Assembly (NCBI GenBank): GCA_965655095.1
Contig: CBFHFQ010000354.1
Coordinates: 1-64,000 of the forward strand
Source: Haplodiscus bocki
Lineage: Eukaryota
Direction: 5' to 3'
Length of the DNA: 64,000 nt
In this document: positions 1 through 11,374 of the stretch, in pieces
Numbering within the stretch: position 1 is the first letter of the stretch
Layout: each line of letters starts with the position of its first letter
Notes under the pieces: generated by a model
Told to the model about the DNA's origin: nothing
Databases searched by the model: none
The model's input: only the letters and a program-made list of their open reading frames with translations
Translations under genes and position numbers: made by a program

Positions 1-3000
1 CTATATGTACCGCATAAAGATGATCAACTCTCCTCTGACTGGTGTCTTGAGTTGACCGCCCCAACTTGAACACTTGAACTTTGAGCTTGCTAGCTATATA
101 GTTGAAACTTTAGCTGCTTGCTAGCTAATAGTTGAAACTTCAGCTGCTTGCTAGTTGTAACTTCGAGCTTGCTAGCTTTATAAGTTGAAACTTTGCTACT
201 TGGTAGTTACAAGTTGAAACTTTAGCTGCTTGCTAGTTGTAACTTCGAGCTTGCTAGCTACAAGTTGAAACTTTAGCTGCTTGCTAGTTTTAAGTTGAAA
301 CTTTAGCTGCTTGCTAGTTGTAACTTCGAGCTTGCTAGCTAAAAGTTGAAACTTTGCTACTTGCTAGATACAAGTTGAAACTTCAGCTGCTTGCTAGTTG
401 TAACTTCGAGCTTGCTAGCTATAAAGTTGAAACTTTAGCTGCTTGCTAGCTAATAGTTGAAACTTCAGCTGCTTGCTAGTTGTAACTTCGAGCTTGCTAG
501 CTTTATAAGTTGAAACTTTGCTACTTCTAGTTACAAGTTGAAACTTTGCTGCTTGCTAGCTAAAAGTTGAAACTTTGCTGCTTGCTAGCTACAAGTTGAA
601 ACTTTGCTGCTTGCTAGCTACAAGTTGAAACTTCAGCTGCTTGCTAGTTATATAGTTGAAACTTTGCTGCTTGCTATTTATATAGTTGAAACTTTGCTGC
701 TTGCTAGCTAAAAGTTGAAACTTTGCTGCTTGCTAGCTACAAGTTGAAACTTTGCTGCTTGCTAGCTACAAGTTGAAACTTTGCTGCTTGCTAGCTAAAA
801 GTTGAAACTTTAGCTGCTTGCTAGCTAAAAGTTTAAACTTTGCTGCTTGCTAGCTAATAGTTGAAACTTTGCTGCTTGCTAGTTACAAGTTGAAACTTTA
901 GCTTCTTGCTAGCTAAAAGTTGAAATTTGCTGCTTGCTAGCTAAAAGTTGAAACTTGCTGCTTGCTAGCTAAAAGTTGAAACTTTGCTGCTTGCTAGCTA
1001 ATAGTTGAAACTTTGCTGCTTGCTAGTTATATAGTTGAAACTTTGCTGCTTGCTAGCTAAAAGTTGAAACTTTAGCTGCTTGCTAGCTAAAAGTTGAAAC
1101 TTTGCTGCTTGCTAGCTAATAGTTGAAACTTTGCTGCTTGCTAGTTATATAGTTGAAACTTTGCTGCTTGCTAGCTAAAAGTTGAAACTTTAGCTGCTTG
1201 CTAGCTAAAAGTTTAAACTTTGCTGCTTGCTAGCTAATAGTTGAAACTTTGCTGCTTGCTAGTTACAAGTTGAAACTTTAGCTTCTTGCTAGCTAAAAGT
1301 TGAAATTTGCTGCTTGCTAGCTAAAAGTTGAAACTTTGCTGCTTGCTAGCTAAAAGTTGAAACTTTGCTGCTTGCTAGCTAAAAGTTGAAACTTTGCTGC
1401 TTGCTAGCTAATAGTTGAAACTTTGCTGCTTGCTAGTTATATAGTTGAAACTTTGCTGCTTGCTAGCTAAAAGTTGAAACTTTAGCTGCTTGCTAGCTAA
1501 AAGTTTAAACTTTGCTGCTTGCTAGCTAATAGTTGAAACTTTGCTGCTTGCTAGTTACAAGTTGAAACTTTAGCTTCTTGCTAGCTAAAAGTTGAAATTT
1601 GCTGCTTGCTAGCTAAAAGTTGAAACTTTGCTGCTTGCCTAGCTAAAAGTTGAAACTTTGCTGCTTGCTAGCTAAAAGTTGAAACTTTGCTGCTTGCTAG
1701 CTAATAGTTGAAACTTTGCTGCTTGCTAGTTATATAGTTGAAACTTTGCTGCTTGCTAGCTAAAAGTTGAAACTTTGCTGCTTGCTAGTTACAAGTTGAA
1801 ACTTTGCTGCTTGCTAGCTACAAGTTGAAACTTTGCTGCTTGCTAGCTAAAAGTTGAAACTTTAGCTGCTTGCTAGCTAAAAGTTGAAACTTTGCTGCTT
1901 GCTAGTTACAAGTTGAAACTTTAGCTGCTTGCTAGCTACAAGTTGAAACTTTAGCTGCTTGCTAGCTACAAGTTGAAACTTTAGCTGCTTGCTAGTTGAA
2001 TAGTTTTAACAAAAATGAATTGAGTGCATCTATATGTGTACGTACATATGAACAGGAAAGGTGATCAACTCTCCCCATAACTGGTGTCTTGAGTTCCCGT
2101 CACAACTTGAACACCTGATGATCATTATGATGATGATCATGATTGAGTGCATCTATCCTTTACTATATGTACTGCATAAAGATGATCAACTCTCCTCTGA
2201 CTGGTGTCTTGAGTTGACCGCCCCAACTTGAACACTTGAACTTCGAGCTTGCTAGCTACAAGTTGAAACTTTGCTGCTTGCTAGCTAAAAAGTTGAAACT
2301 TTGCTGCTTGCTAGCTACAAGTTGAAACTTTAGCTGCTTGCTAGTTGTATAGTTGAAACTTTAGCTGCTTGCTAGCTAAAAGTTGAAACTTTGCTGCTTG
2401 CTAGTTACAAGTTGAAACTTTAGCTGCTTGCTAGCTAATAGTTGAAACTTTGCTGCTTGCTAGTTACAAGTTGAAACTTTGCTGCTTGCTAGCTATAAAG
2501 TTGAAACTTTAGCTGCTTGCTAGCTACAAATTGAAACTTTAGCTGCTTGCTATTTATATAGTTGAAACTTTGCTGCTTGCTAGCTAAAAGTTGAAACTTT
2601 GCTGCTTGCTAGCTAAAAGTTGAAACTTTAGCTGCTTGCTAGCTAAAAGTTTAAACTTTGCTGCTTGCTAGCTAATAGTTGAAACTTTGCTGCTTGCTAG
2701 TTACAAGTTGAAACTTTAGCTTCTTGCTAGCTAAAAGTTGAAATTTGCTGCTTGCTAGCTAAAAGTTGAAACTTTGCTGCTTGCTAGCTAAAAGTTGAAA
2801 CTTTGCTGCTTGCTAGCTAAAAGTTGAAACTTTGCTGCTTGCTAGCTAATAGTTGAAACTTTGCTGCTTGCTAGTTATATAGTTGAAACTTTGCTGCTTG
2901 CTAGCTAAAAGTTGAAACTTTGCTGCTTGCTAGTTACAAGTTGAAACTTTGCTGCTTGCTAGCTACAAGTTGAAACTTTGCTGCTTGCTAGCTAAAAGTT

Positions 3001-4411
3001 GAAACTTTAGCTGCTTGCTAGCTACAAGTTGAAACTTTAGCTGCTTGCTAGTTGAATAGTTTTAACAAAAATGAATTGAGTGCATCTATATGTGTACGTA
3101 CATATGAACAGGAAAGGTGATCAACTCTCCCCATAACTGGTGTCTTGAGTTCCCGTCACAACTTGAACACCTGATGATCATTATGATGATGATCATGATT
3201 GAGTGCATCTATCCTTTACTATATGTACTGCATAAAGATGATCAACTCTCCTCTGACTGGTGTCTTGAGTTGACCGCCCCAACTTGAACACTTGAACTTC
3301 GAGCTTGCTAGCTACAAGTTGAAACTTTGCTGCTTGCTAGCTAAAAGTTGAAACTTTGCTGCTTGCTAGCTACAAGTTGAAACTTTAGCTGCTTGCTAGT
3401 TGTATAGTTGAAACTTTAGCTGCTTGCTAGCTAAAAGTTTGAAACTTTGCTGCTTGCTAGTTACAAGTTGAAACTTTAGCTGCTTGCTAGCTAATAGTTG
3501 AAACTTTGCTGCTTGCTAGTTACAAGTTGAAACTTTGCTGCTTGCTAGCTATAAAGTTGAAACTTTAGCTGCTTGCTAGCTACAAATTGAAACTTTAGCT
3601 GCTTGCTATTTATATAGTTGAAACTTTGCTGCTTGCTAGCTAAAAGTTGAAACTTTGCTGCTTGCTAGCTAAAAGTTGAAACTTTAGCTGCTTGCTAGCT
3701 AAAAGTTTAAACTTTGCTGCTTGCTAGCTAATAGTTGAAACTTTGCTGCTTGCTAGTTACAAGTTGAAACTTTAGCTTCTTGCTAGCTAAAAGTTGAAAT
3801 TTGCTGCTTGCTAGCTAAAAGTTGAAACTTTGCTGCTTGCTAGCTAAAAGTTGAAACTTTGCTGCTTGCTAGCTAAAAGTTGAAACTTTGCTGCTTGCTA
3901 GCTAATAGTTGAAACTTTGCTGCTTGCTAGTTATATAGTTGAAACTTTGCTGCTTGCTAGCTAAAAGTTGAAACTTTGCTGCTTGCTAGTTACAAGTTGA
4001 AACTTTGCTGCTTGCTAGCTACAAGTTGAAACTTTGCTGCTTGCTAGCTAAAAGTTGAAACTTTAGCTGCTTGCTAGCTACAAGTTGAAACTTTAGCTGC
4101 TTGCTAGTTGAATAGTTTTAACAAAAATGAATTGAGTGCATCTATATGTGTACGTACATATGAACAGGAAAGGTGATCAACTCTCCCCATAACTGGTGTC
4201 TTGAGTTCCCGTCACAACTTGAACACCTGATGATCATTATGATGATGATCATGATTGAGTGCATCTATCCTTTACTATATGTACTGCATAAAGATGATCA
4301 ACTCTCCTCTGACTGGTGTCTTGAGTTGACCGCCCCAACTTGAACACTTGAACTTCGAGCTTGCTAGCTACAAGTTGAAACTTTGCTGCTTGCTAGCTAA
4401 AAGTTGAAACT
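1..4411. repeat. Satellite array, ~29-30-bp monomer (aagttgaaacttt(a)gctgcttgctagct(a/ac)), with periodic ~245-bp spacers; higher-order period 1056 bp
   Basis: Well over 100 near-identical monomers. The spacer start gttgaatagttttaacaaaaatg recurs at ~1995, ~3051 and ~4107. A shorter variant monomer (gttgtaacttcgagcttgcta) occurs in 150-500. Confidence 0.97.
1996..2240. repeat. Non-satellite spacer of the higher-order repeat (copies at ~3052-3296, ~4108-4352, partial 1-80), built from two diverged ~120-bp modules
   Basis: tgagtgcatctat...gatcaactctcc...actggtgtcttgagtt...aacttgaacac occurs twice per spacer. The three full spacers look identical. Confidence 0.9.
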
Positions 4412-5220
4412 TACCGCAATGCTGACTTATTTGTGTCACAATGATCTCCGTTCGCCTGTCTCAATCTTTAGTGCTTGTTCGATTGACGCGTGAGATCGTT
4501 CAGGCAGCCGCCTTGTTTGAGCGTGCTTTGTAGTGGCATCACTTAGAGTAATGCCAAGGACGCCGGCCACTTCTTTAATTACATGAGACATAAAGGCTGT
4601 ACATCTATCTGAGACGAGTGTCGTTGGTAAGTAGGCGTGCTTAGTCATGATGTTAATTTAGTCTTTAGCAACTGTTTTGGCGTCCTGATGTGATGGTGGG
4701 TATGCAAAAAGATAGCGGGAAAGCACATCCATGGCTGTCACAATGTTTTCAAAGCCAACAGATGGCGGTAATTCCGGCACCAAATCAATTTGCAAGGCAT
4801 CTTCGAACGCAGTAATGTGCCCATTGGGGTTTTGCAGGGGAGGTCGGGTGAGGCTACAGTCAATTCAGGATGCTCTGATGCATTGCTCACATGACATGAC
4901 TCACTCCCTGATTAATTGCGCCATTTTTGAAAAATGAAACTTTTCCCTGTAAGCAATTATTGTTTTGGCAATTCCTGGGTGTTTGCCAAATTCTCCATGC
5001 AAGCTGTGGAGAACTTCAATAACTAATTGCTTTGGGATGAGAATTTGGTGGTATTTGACACTCTCTGTTTCGTTTCTCCAAAATATTTCCTGAACAAAAG
5101 GCCATCTTGGAGAATTATGCGGTCTTCATTTGCCTTGTTATGTTTGTTACGTGAGTCTGTCGTTATTAACAATTCATCATGTGGTTGGCCTGGGGTTTTC
5201 AGTTTCATATTCTTCAACAC
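4412..5220 (-). pseudogene. Retrotransposon integrase (HHCC zinc domain + DDE core), frameshifted and truncated
   Basis: LHGEFGKHPG...CEQC; QIDLVPELPP...AMDVLSRYLFAYP; LVSDRCTAF...HAQT..LPERSH (ORF 4436-4648). The frame runs into satellite at 4411. Confidence 0.9.
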
Positions 5221-5616
5221 AAGATCAAGATCTTGCTCTACTCATATTCGTGCATTTACCTTGATTCCATTCATGGAATACGACGTAGTGTTCTCGTCGA
5301 TCTCTGTGAATTCTTTCACACTTGCGTTCAAGGAGGATGATTCCTCAGTTGCTACCCATTGCTTCGCATTTTGTCTGAATTTTTCTATCGGTTCGAGCGT
5401 TTGTTGTTCTGATTCGTCGTTATTGTCTGCTTGTGTGAAGAAAAATTGTTCTTCGTCAGCGACATCCGAGGAAGAGGTGGTCACTTCAATAGGTGTTGTT
5501 TGGATATCTTCCCGAATTTTCAGAAGTACTTTTTCCGTGACTTTGAGTTCGAATCAGGAGAGAACATGAGCCGCGGTGTTGACTGAGCCAGCATTGTGTG
5601 CTATTTTGAAACTAAT

Positions 5617-6126
5617 TTATAAGACATAATCAAATGATTTCCAGAGTGCTGGTGGAATTCCCTTTGTTTGGAAAAAACGTGTAACGGACTTGTTGTCTGT
5701 CAACACAATTGTTGGGTTTGTTGCTTCCCACAGATTGTGTTCGAACTCGAGAAATGCCATGTAGATTGCCAAAAATTCTTTTGAGTGTATGGACAATTTG
5801 AGTTGCGCGGCGGAGGAAATTTTCGAGCCAAACGCCACGAGGGCGTACGTTTTCCGCTTTGACTGTATTTTCTGATCGGGATTGTCTTCAATCAGGAGGG
5901 CATATCTTGCACTTCTGAAGCTGGAATCCGTTATCAAGACGAGCTGCTTTCCTGGAATGGTAGGTTTCAATGCTAATTGGCAAGCGTCACTGAGAGCTTT
6001 ATTGACTGAATCAAATAATTCTTTCAATTCTGACGTAATATTTATTGGCACTTCCGTTTTAAGCAATTTGAAAAATGGATTAATTTTTTCAGCCGTCCTG
6101 GGAATATAATTTCTGTAATAGTTCAC
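5617..6126 (-). pseudogene. RT connection / RNase H domain of Gypsy pol
   Basis: NYYRNYIP, LITDSS (TDAS-like), KEFLAI and VLTDNK motifs. Confidence 0.92.
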
Positions 6127-6917
6127 GAATCCCAGGTATCGCTGTAAGGCCTTTTTCGACTTGGGGAATCTAAAGTTGTCTAGGAATTTTTGAAAATTCA
6201 GGGCTTTGAAAATTCATTCTGGTGAAATTGTTCTTCCTAGGAATTCAACTTGTCTGACTCCAAAGTGGCATTTTTCAATCATCAGCTTCAATCCTGCTTG
6301 TTGAATGCACTTGAAGACTGCCCGAATGTTCCGGGTAAAGTCCCGCAGCACATTGTTGGCTGCAATTCCATTGTCGTTTACGTTTTGAGCACATTGGTCA
6401 GCTTTGACAACTGGGTCCAAGTACTCACGCATGAAACTTGAAAAGCAGACACAGATCTAGTAAGACCTTGTTCAAGTCTCTTATAGGCAAAAGTTCTGCT
6501 AGCAAAATTGAATTCGAGCAATTCCACTGACCGTTGGTCTGCCATCTGCAAACAATGATGAGCTTGGGAGCAATCTAATTTGCAGAATAGTGACTTTCCT
6601 GCCAAATGTTGTGCTGCGTCTGACAGAGTGCTGACTGGATGATTATTGTTGGTATGGTCATCCGCAATCAGACTGTTGATTTTCCCGAGATCCACGAGGA
6701 GACGTAGTTTTCGGTTGGGCTTCCTTTGTGCAAAAATGGGACTTGCGTACTTGGAGAAAAGCAGTACTGTGATAATTCCATATTTGTGCATCAGAGGCAA
6801 TTCAACGATTAAGTCTTCCTTCAAATGGATTGGCATTGGTAGACTCTGGCAATATACAGCCTTGTCGTCTTCCGCGGTTACTTTCACCTTCAACTCCGTG
6901 TTCATCCCAATGTCCAT
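6127..6917 (-). pseudogene. Reverse transcriptase domain, frameshifted; catalytic YxDD degenerated to NVND
   Basis: SKYASPIF..RK..KLRLLVD, FCKLDCSQA, GL..KCHFG...VEFLG motifs in ORFs 6378-6917 and 6214-6432. Confidence 0.93.
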
Positions 6918-7027
6918 TCTGTGTCTGGCGAAATGTCATGATAATCAATCAGAATGTCTTCAATTGCTGCTTTCTCTATTTCTGTTAGAAGTATATCAGT
7001 CAAATCAAATCGTTTGCGAAATTTGCT

Positions 7028-7960
7028 TCAAGTTTCTGTGCTCTCTTGTGGATTGAGTTTCTCCTTGTCCTTGAGTTCATTCAATTTTTTTAAGATTCGT
7101 GTCTGTATTGGGGTGTGATCCTCAGGCTTTCCCGGATTTTCAGGTGTTGGAAACCAGAAAGTATTGTTTTGTTCCTCGGGTCTTTTGGTTCTGAGAGGTT
7201 CGTTTAAGTAGGCAGTCAGATCAAGATCACCTTGCGGAATCATACTAAGGATTGCCATAACTACTGGTTTAAAATGTCTGGATTGCTCCGGAGTGACTGC
7301 GGAGAACTCTGCAATCTCTGTGTGCTTTTTGATTAGATATGGTGATTCCGTTGCATTGGTTACTCTGACTGCTTTTTTTGTCAATTATTGTCGACATTGA
7401 GTGGGAAATCAGCAAACTTGCTGTTTCCGTAAACTTCTCCGATGGTGTCACAGTCCCTGTTGCGTTCCATTTTGACGGATGGTCAACGAAGGCGGTGATT
7501 GTTTTTGTTGTCACCAGTGGTATCATCAGGGAATCGTCAGTGATGACTGGCTGCGGTTTTGTGGTTGTTTCACTTGACGCCGTTTCAACCTGCATTGTCA
7601 AGTGCGGGAAGTGTATGAGGCCGTGTGTCGTGTCAATGACGACACTGTTCTTCCTCAAAAAATGCAACTCATTTATTGGCCCTGTTAATGTCTTCATTAC
7701 GACGAAGTGTTCAGCGAAAGTATTATCTCCAATTTCGAACTTATGTGTGGCTGTTGATAAAGGTTTCTTTAACTGGCCATAGCTACTTGTATCTGGAAAT
7801 TGGGAGGATCATCAATTTGAGAATAATATTCGGGGCTTTCTCTTTGATTGTATGCAAGCCATTCTAGGCGATTGCACTGACAATTGCTCCCGAGTCTACC
7901 CGCGCATCTACCGTTAGAATATTGTCGAATTCCAGAGGCACATAGAGCATTTCTTGCTTT
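7028..7960 (-). pseudogene. Aspartic protease and PR-RT linker of pol
   Basis: Minus strand reads gta gac tcg gga gca = VDSGA (D-S-G motif) near 7890. Linker fragments are ORFs 7269-7697 and 7028-7384. Confidence 0.8.
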
Positions 7961-8443
7961 CGTTTCAGGACTACTGTAGAAGTTAATGGGAGATAAACCT
8001 CAATTGTCTGTTCATCTCTCACCAACCCTTCCTCAATTAGTGGACATGTTGTGGTGAGAGGTGGAAATGTTGTATCTCCAGTAAGTGTAATCGTTATGTG
8101 TTGTTTTGAATTTTAGATATCGATAGGGCAGTTCTTGGAGCAGTTGAGGAACAGTACTGGTTCATATTCTGTTTGATTTCCTGAAGGTTGTTCCGTGGTG
8201 ACTGCGTAGTTCTCTGGTTGAGTTCCCTTGGGTGGCAACGTTTGGGTTGCTACAGTCGTCTTTGAAGTCTCTTGAGTATATTGTATTAAAAAGTCATTGT
8301 TAGTATTATTTAGGTTACATTGATTTATAGATGTCTCCGAGGGTTGCTGCTGGACAACCTCGGGAATTGGTGGAAGTTTTGGTATTTCAGTTATCTCCGG
8401 TCTGTCACATGCATCTCCGGAGTGAAGACGTGGCGTTGCCAGT

Positions 8444-9718
8444 TTAAAGTTTGGGCTCTAGCTCGGACATTCCCATCTGAGTTTCTTTGAGCAACTCTCT
8501 GTTGGAATTGGTGTTGTCCTTCCGGTCGTCTATTACGGGGTGGTGGTCTGTTCCTGCATTTGCTCCAAGGTAACATTTCTCTGTGGAGTGGTTAGTTCTA
8601 CCACAGGTCTCACAAGGTGAGGAGACAAGTCCAGGTCTTCTGTCTTTTTGATTATTCGTATTGTTTGCGTTGGTATTGTTAGAAAGTTTATTGTTGCTGG
8701 AGTTAGAGTTCGTCTGACCACCACCATTGTTATTATCAGCACTCTTCGTGTTATTTCGGGTTTGGTCTTTTTCTCGTTTGAGTTGACGGCATTGGTTCCG
8801 ACAGTGACTGAGCTTTTTGCAATGGTGGCAAGTTGGTTTGGGCTTCTCTGAGTTTTGTTGCGTCACAGTATCTAGCTGCACTTCATCTGGGGCTTCCAAA
8901 CCATTCAGTTCCAACTCCCTTTCAAGATGTGATACAATCTGTTCATATGTGCTATTCATATGCGCCTGGTTGATTGATATCTTCAGATGGGGAGGCATTT
9001 TGGCATATATGAATTGCTCTGTGATGTCCTGGGCGGCAACTCCGAATGCATCTTTCGCCAGTTTCTGGAGTTCGTCTAGAAAATCAATTAACTTCTGGCT
9101 TGCGGGATTGAAGAGCATTCGTTGAAAATTTTGCTTTGCCGTAGCCATTGACTGAGGTTTCACGTTTTTCCTACGGAGCACAGTCAGAAGTTTTCCCAAG
9201 TTCTCTCTGTTCGGGCTGGTGATGTTTTTGAAGGTATGTAGTGCATCAATACGCATGGGAGAGTGGAAATAGTTTCTTTTGTCTTCTTCTGTCAGCTGAT
9301 TGTGGATTTTCAGACTTGTTTGGAACAGATCTTCAAACAGTTCGAATTTCTCGGATTTTCCATCAAATGTGGGCATTGTCGTTGTGAGGGATTTGGGCAA
9401 TTTCGAGATTTTATTGATATTGTTGTTGAAAGTGGCTGAGTTAGTGTTTGTCGCCAATTGTTGAAGGGCCAACAAAAACTGGTCTGCTTCAATTGTCGCA
9501 GGGGTGTTTTCACTACGAAGTTGTGGCTGACTTGTGGAGCGCGCCTTCTTTTGTTTTCCTGAGGAAGTCACAGGGGAGCAGTAGGGAATCTCTTCTTGAA
9601 TTCCTGTCACCATGTGAGGTCGATGGCGAACCTCTTCTGGACCTCCTATCACCATGTGAGGATACTCTTTTTCCTCTGAGCTGCTTAGGTAGCCAGAGTG
9701 ATGGGAAGAGTTCACCAC
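8444..9718 (-). CDS. gag: Gag-like protein with two CCHC zinc knuckles separated by an Asn-rich linker
   Basis: 424-aa open frame with PTFDG capsid-like motif, CHHCKKLSHCRNQC and CETCGRTNHSTEKC; lies upstream of pol. Confidence 0.88.
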   Translation of the reverse strand: MVNSSHHSGYLSSSEEKEYPHMVIGGPEEVRHRPHMVTGIQEEIPYCSPVTSSGKQKKARSTSQPQLRSENTPATIEADQFLLALQQLATNTNSATFNNNINKISKLPKSLTTTMPTFDGKSEKFELFEDLFQTSLKIHNQLTEEDKRNYFHSPMRIDALHTFKNITSPNRENLGKLLTVLRRKNVKPQSMATAKQNFQRMLFNPASQKLIDFLDELQKLAKDAFGVAAQDITEQFIYAKMPPHLKISINQAHMNSTYEQIVSHLERELELNGLEAPDEVQLDTVTQQNSEKPKPTCHHCKKLSHCRNQCRQLKREKDQTRNNTKSADNNNGGGQTNSNSSNNKLSNNTNANNTNNQKDRRPGLVSSPCETCGRTNHSTEKCYLGANAGTDHHPVIDDRKDNTNSNRELLKETQMGMSELEPKL

Positions 9719-9849
9719 TTCGGGACAGGGATCGTTTAGGGAACGATCCCCAGTGGGTTCCCGGTTTTCTGAGTCGCTGTTCCTAGATGTACCCGGAACG
9801 GCTGCGGAAAAGTCCGAACTTGAGGGTTCAGAAGAAACTCGTCAAGTTT

Positions 9850-9864
9850 GGACAGAGCACCCAA
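9850..9864 (-). promoter_or_regulatory. Putative primer-binding site (TTGGGTGCTCTGTCC), imperfect tRNA-Pro-like
   Basis: Starts 2 nt after the LTR-terminal CA on the minus strand. It resembles the tRNA-Pro PBS TGGGGGCTCGTCC with one mismatch and one insertion. Confidence 0.55.
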
Positions 9865-9866
9865 TA

Positions 9867-11374
9867 TGCGAGACTCTGTCCGACTGAATTCTTTCGAGAG
9901 TTTCATAGTTACTCTACCTTCGATCTCTTCAGAAACCTGAGAGATGTAGTCTTGAGCCAGTTCTGGGTCAAGCGTGTTCTGTGACCGACTGTTCCTAGAA
10001 CTATCAAGTGTTTCTCTCGAAACTGCTGCTAGTTTTCTCTAGTTCCTCAAAGTTGCCATTATACTGAGGGAAAAATCCTGTCAGCAGTGAAGACTGAATT
10101 AAAGTTGTTATGTTGTTCAACAATGACGAGCTCCTGTTTATTCTGAGGGACAAAGGTTTCAATAAAAGCAACAGTCAACGATTTTGATGAAAGGTACAAT
10201 ATCAGAAGGCTACCAATTTAAATAATATGAATCGTACTTTCGTTTCTCCTATTTACATCTTTCCTTGGCGGGAAACAAAATTGTTTACACGCCAAATCAA
10301 GGTACAAATAGGGAAAAGTAGTTTAACCAGATTATCTATAAAGGGAAAATGCCAACTCCGGCGGGAAATAAACACCTCTCCGTCCATTTCTTCCTTCATG
10401 GACCGCGTCTTTTCCATTTTTCAACGGAAAAAGTACGAGTCCAATCCGTCAAAAATGGAAAACAAAGTGGTTTTTCCCGCGCCGACACAATAAGTAATAA
10501 CATAAACAAAATATCCAAGAAGATTTCCATAAAGGGAAAATAATAGAATGCACTGAAAAGTTTTCGAAATACATGAAATGAAAATTTTATAAATACTAAA
10601 AAAGTTCAGGTTTACATGTGGTTACATACTGCATCGATTAAATCCACTGTTGGGAACAAAACTAGGTTTTTTCTTTGTTCGTTCCACTTTTCTACCAGCT
10701 CACGCTCACTACGTAGCCGCTTGTAGCACTGCTCTCCGCAGCGCTACAGAGGAGAATGAATCGGGTGGCTACCTAGCCGTTCCGTGTCCGTGCAAAGTGA
10801 AACAACATAGTAGCAAAGCGGATTGGATAAGGATTCTGTTGACGTCACCAGATTAGTTACGACGGAACACATACGGAACAAATATTCAGTTTTAGAGTCA
10901 AGCTCTGTTCTAGTAGTTAAGGTATTGAAACTTGTTGAAACTGTCAATCTAAATAACTGCACGAGTTAAAGGTGAATTTATATAATAAATGTTTAGATTA
11001 ATTATATAAAATAGCACTTTATATTAAAATAAAAAATACAGTAAGGAAGTCAATGAATAGCCGTTTGCTCCGTATTTATTCCCTCCCAATCAGGATCAGT
11101 TCACCGGAATTACACGTACCGTATACGTGCTTTTTACATGAACTAAATATTATGGGGCGATACGTAACTACTTCGTATCGCTTACAAGAATTACATGTGT
11201 ACAAAATGAATACGTAACTACTACGTATAGAGAATTAATGCTCTAAATGTTTAAATGGATGAAAATACGAGTCTAATAATTTCATAAATAAGTTTCAGTG
11301 TCTTCAAAGTTTTAGTTCTTATTTGACGGACCTGGAATGTCCTTTGAGGGGATCATCTGTCCCCAGACCTCGCA
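9867..11374 (-). repeat. 5' LTR (~1.5 kb)
   Basis: Bounded by the 6-bp inverted termini TGCGAG (9867) and CTCGCA (11369-11374), next to the PBS. Minus-strand AATAAA at 10137-10142. No second LTR is present to confirm. Confidence 0.75.

Larger units (their letters stand above)
4412..11374 (-). mobile_element. Ty3/Gypsy LTR retrotransposon, decayed, 3' end (integrase C-terminus, PPT, 3' LTR) missing
   Basis: Minus-strand order LTR-PBS-gag-PR-RT-RH-IN, which is the Gypsy domain order. pol has many frameshifts and stops. Confidence 0.95.

Noticed and set aside
1-4411. CRISPR array (29-bp palindromic repeats)
   Set aside because: Monomers abut with no unique spacers, the long spacers are identical copies, there are no cas genes, and the context is eukaryotic.
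4731-9984. Plus-strand ORFs over the retrotransposon (e.g. 5027-5569, 6646-7056, 7378-7782)
   Set aside because: Antisense shadows of gag/pol with no recognisable motifs.
10227-10962. ORFs within the LTR as env-like or accessory genes
   Set aside because: Short, motif-free and inside the LTR boundaries.
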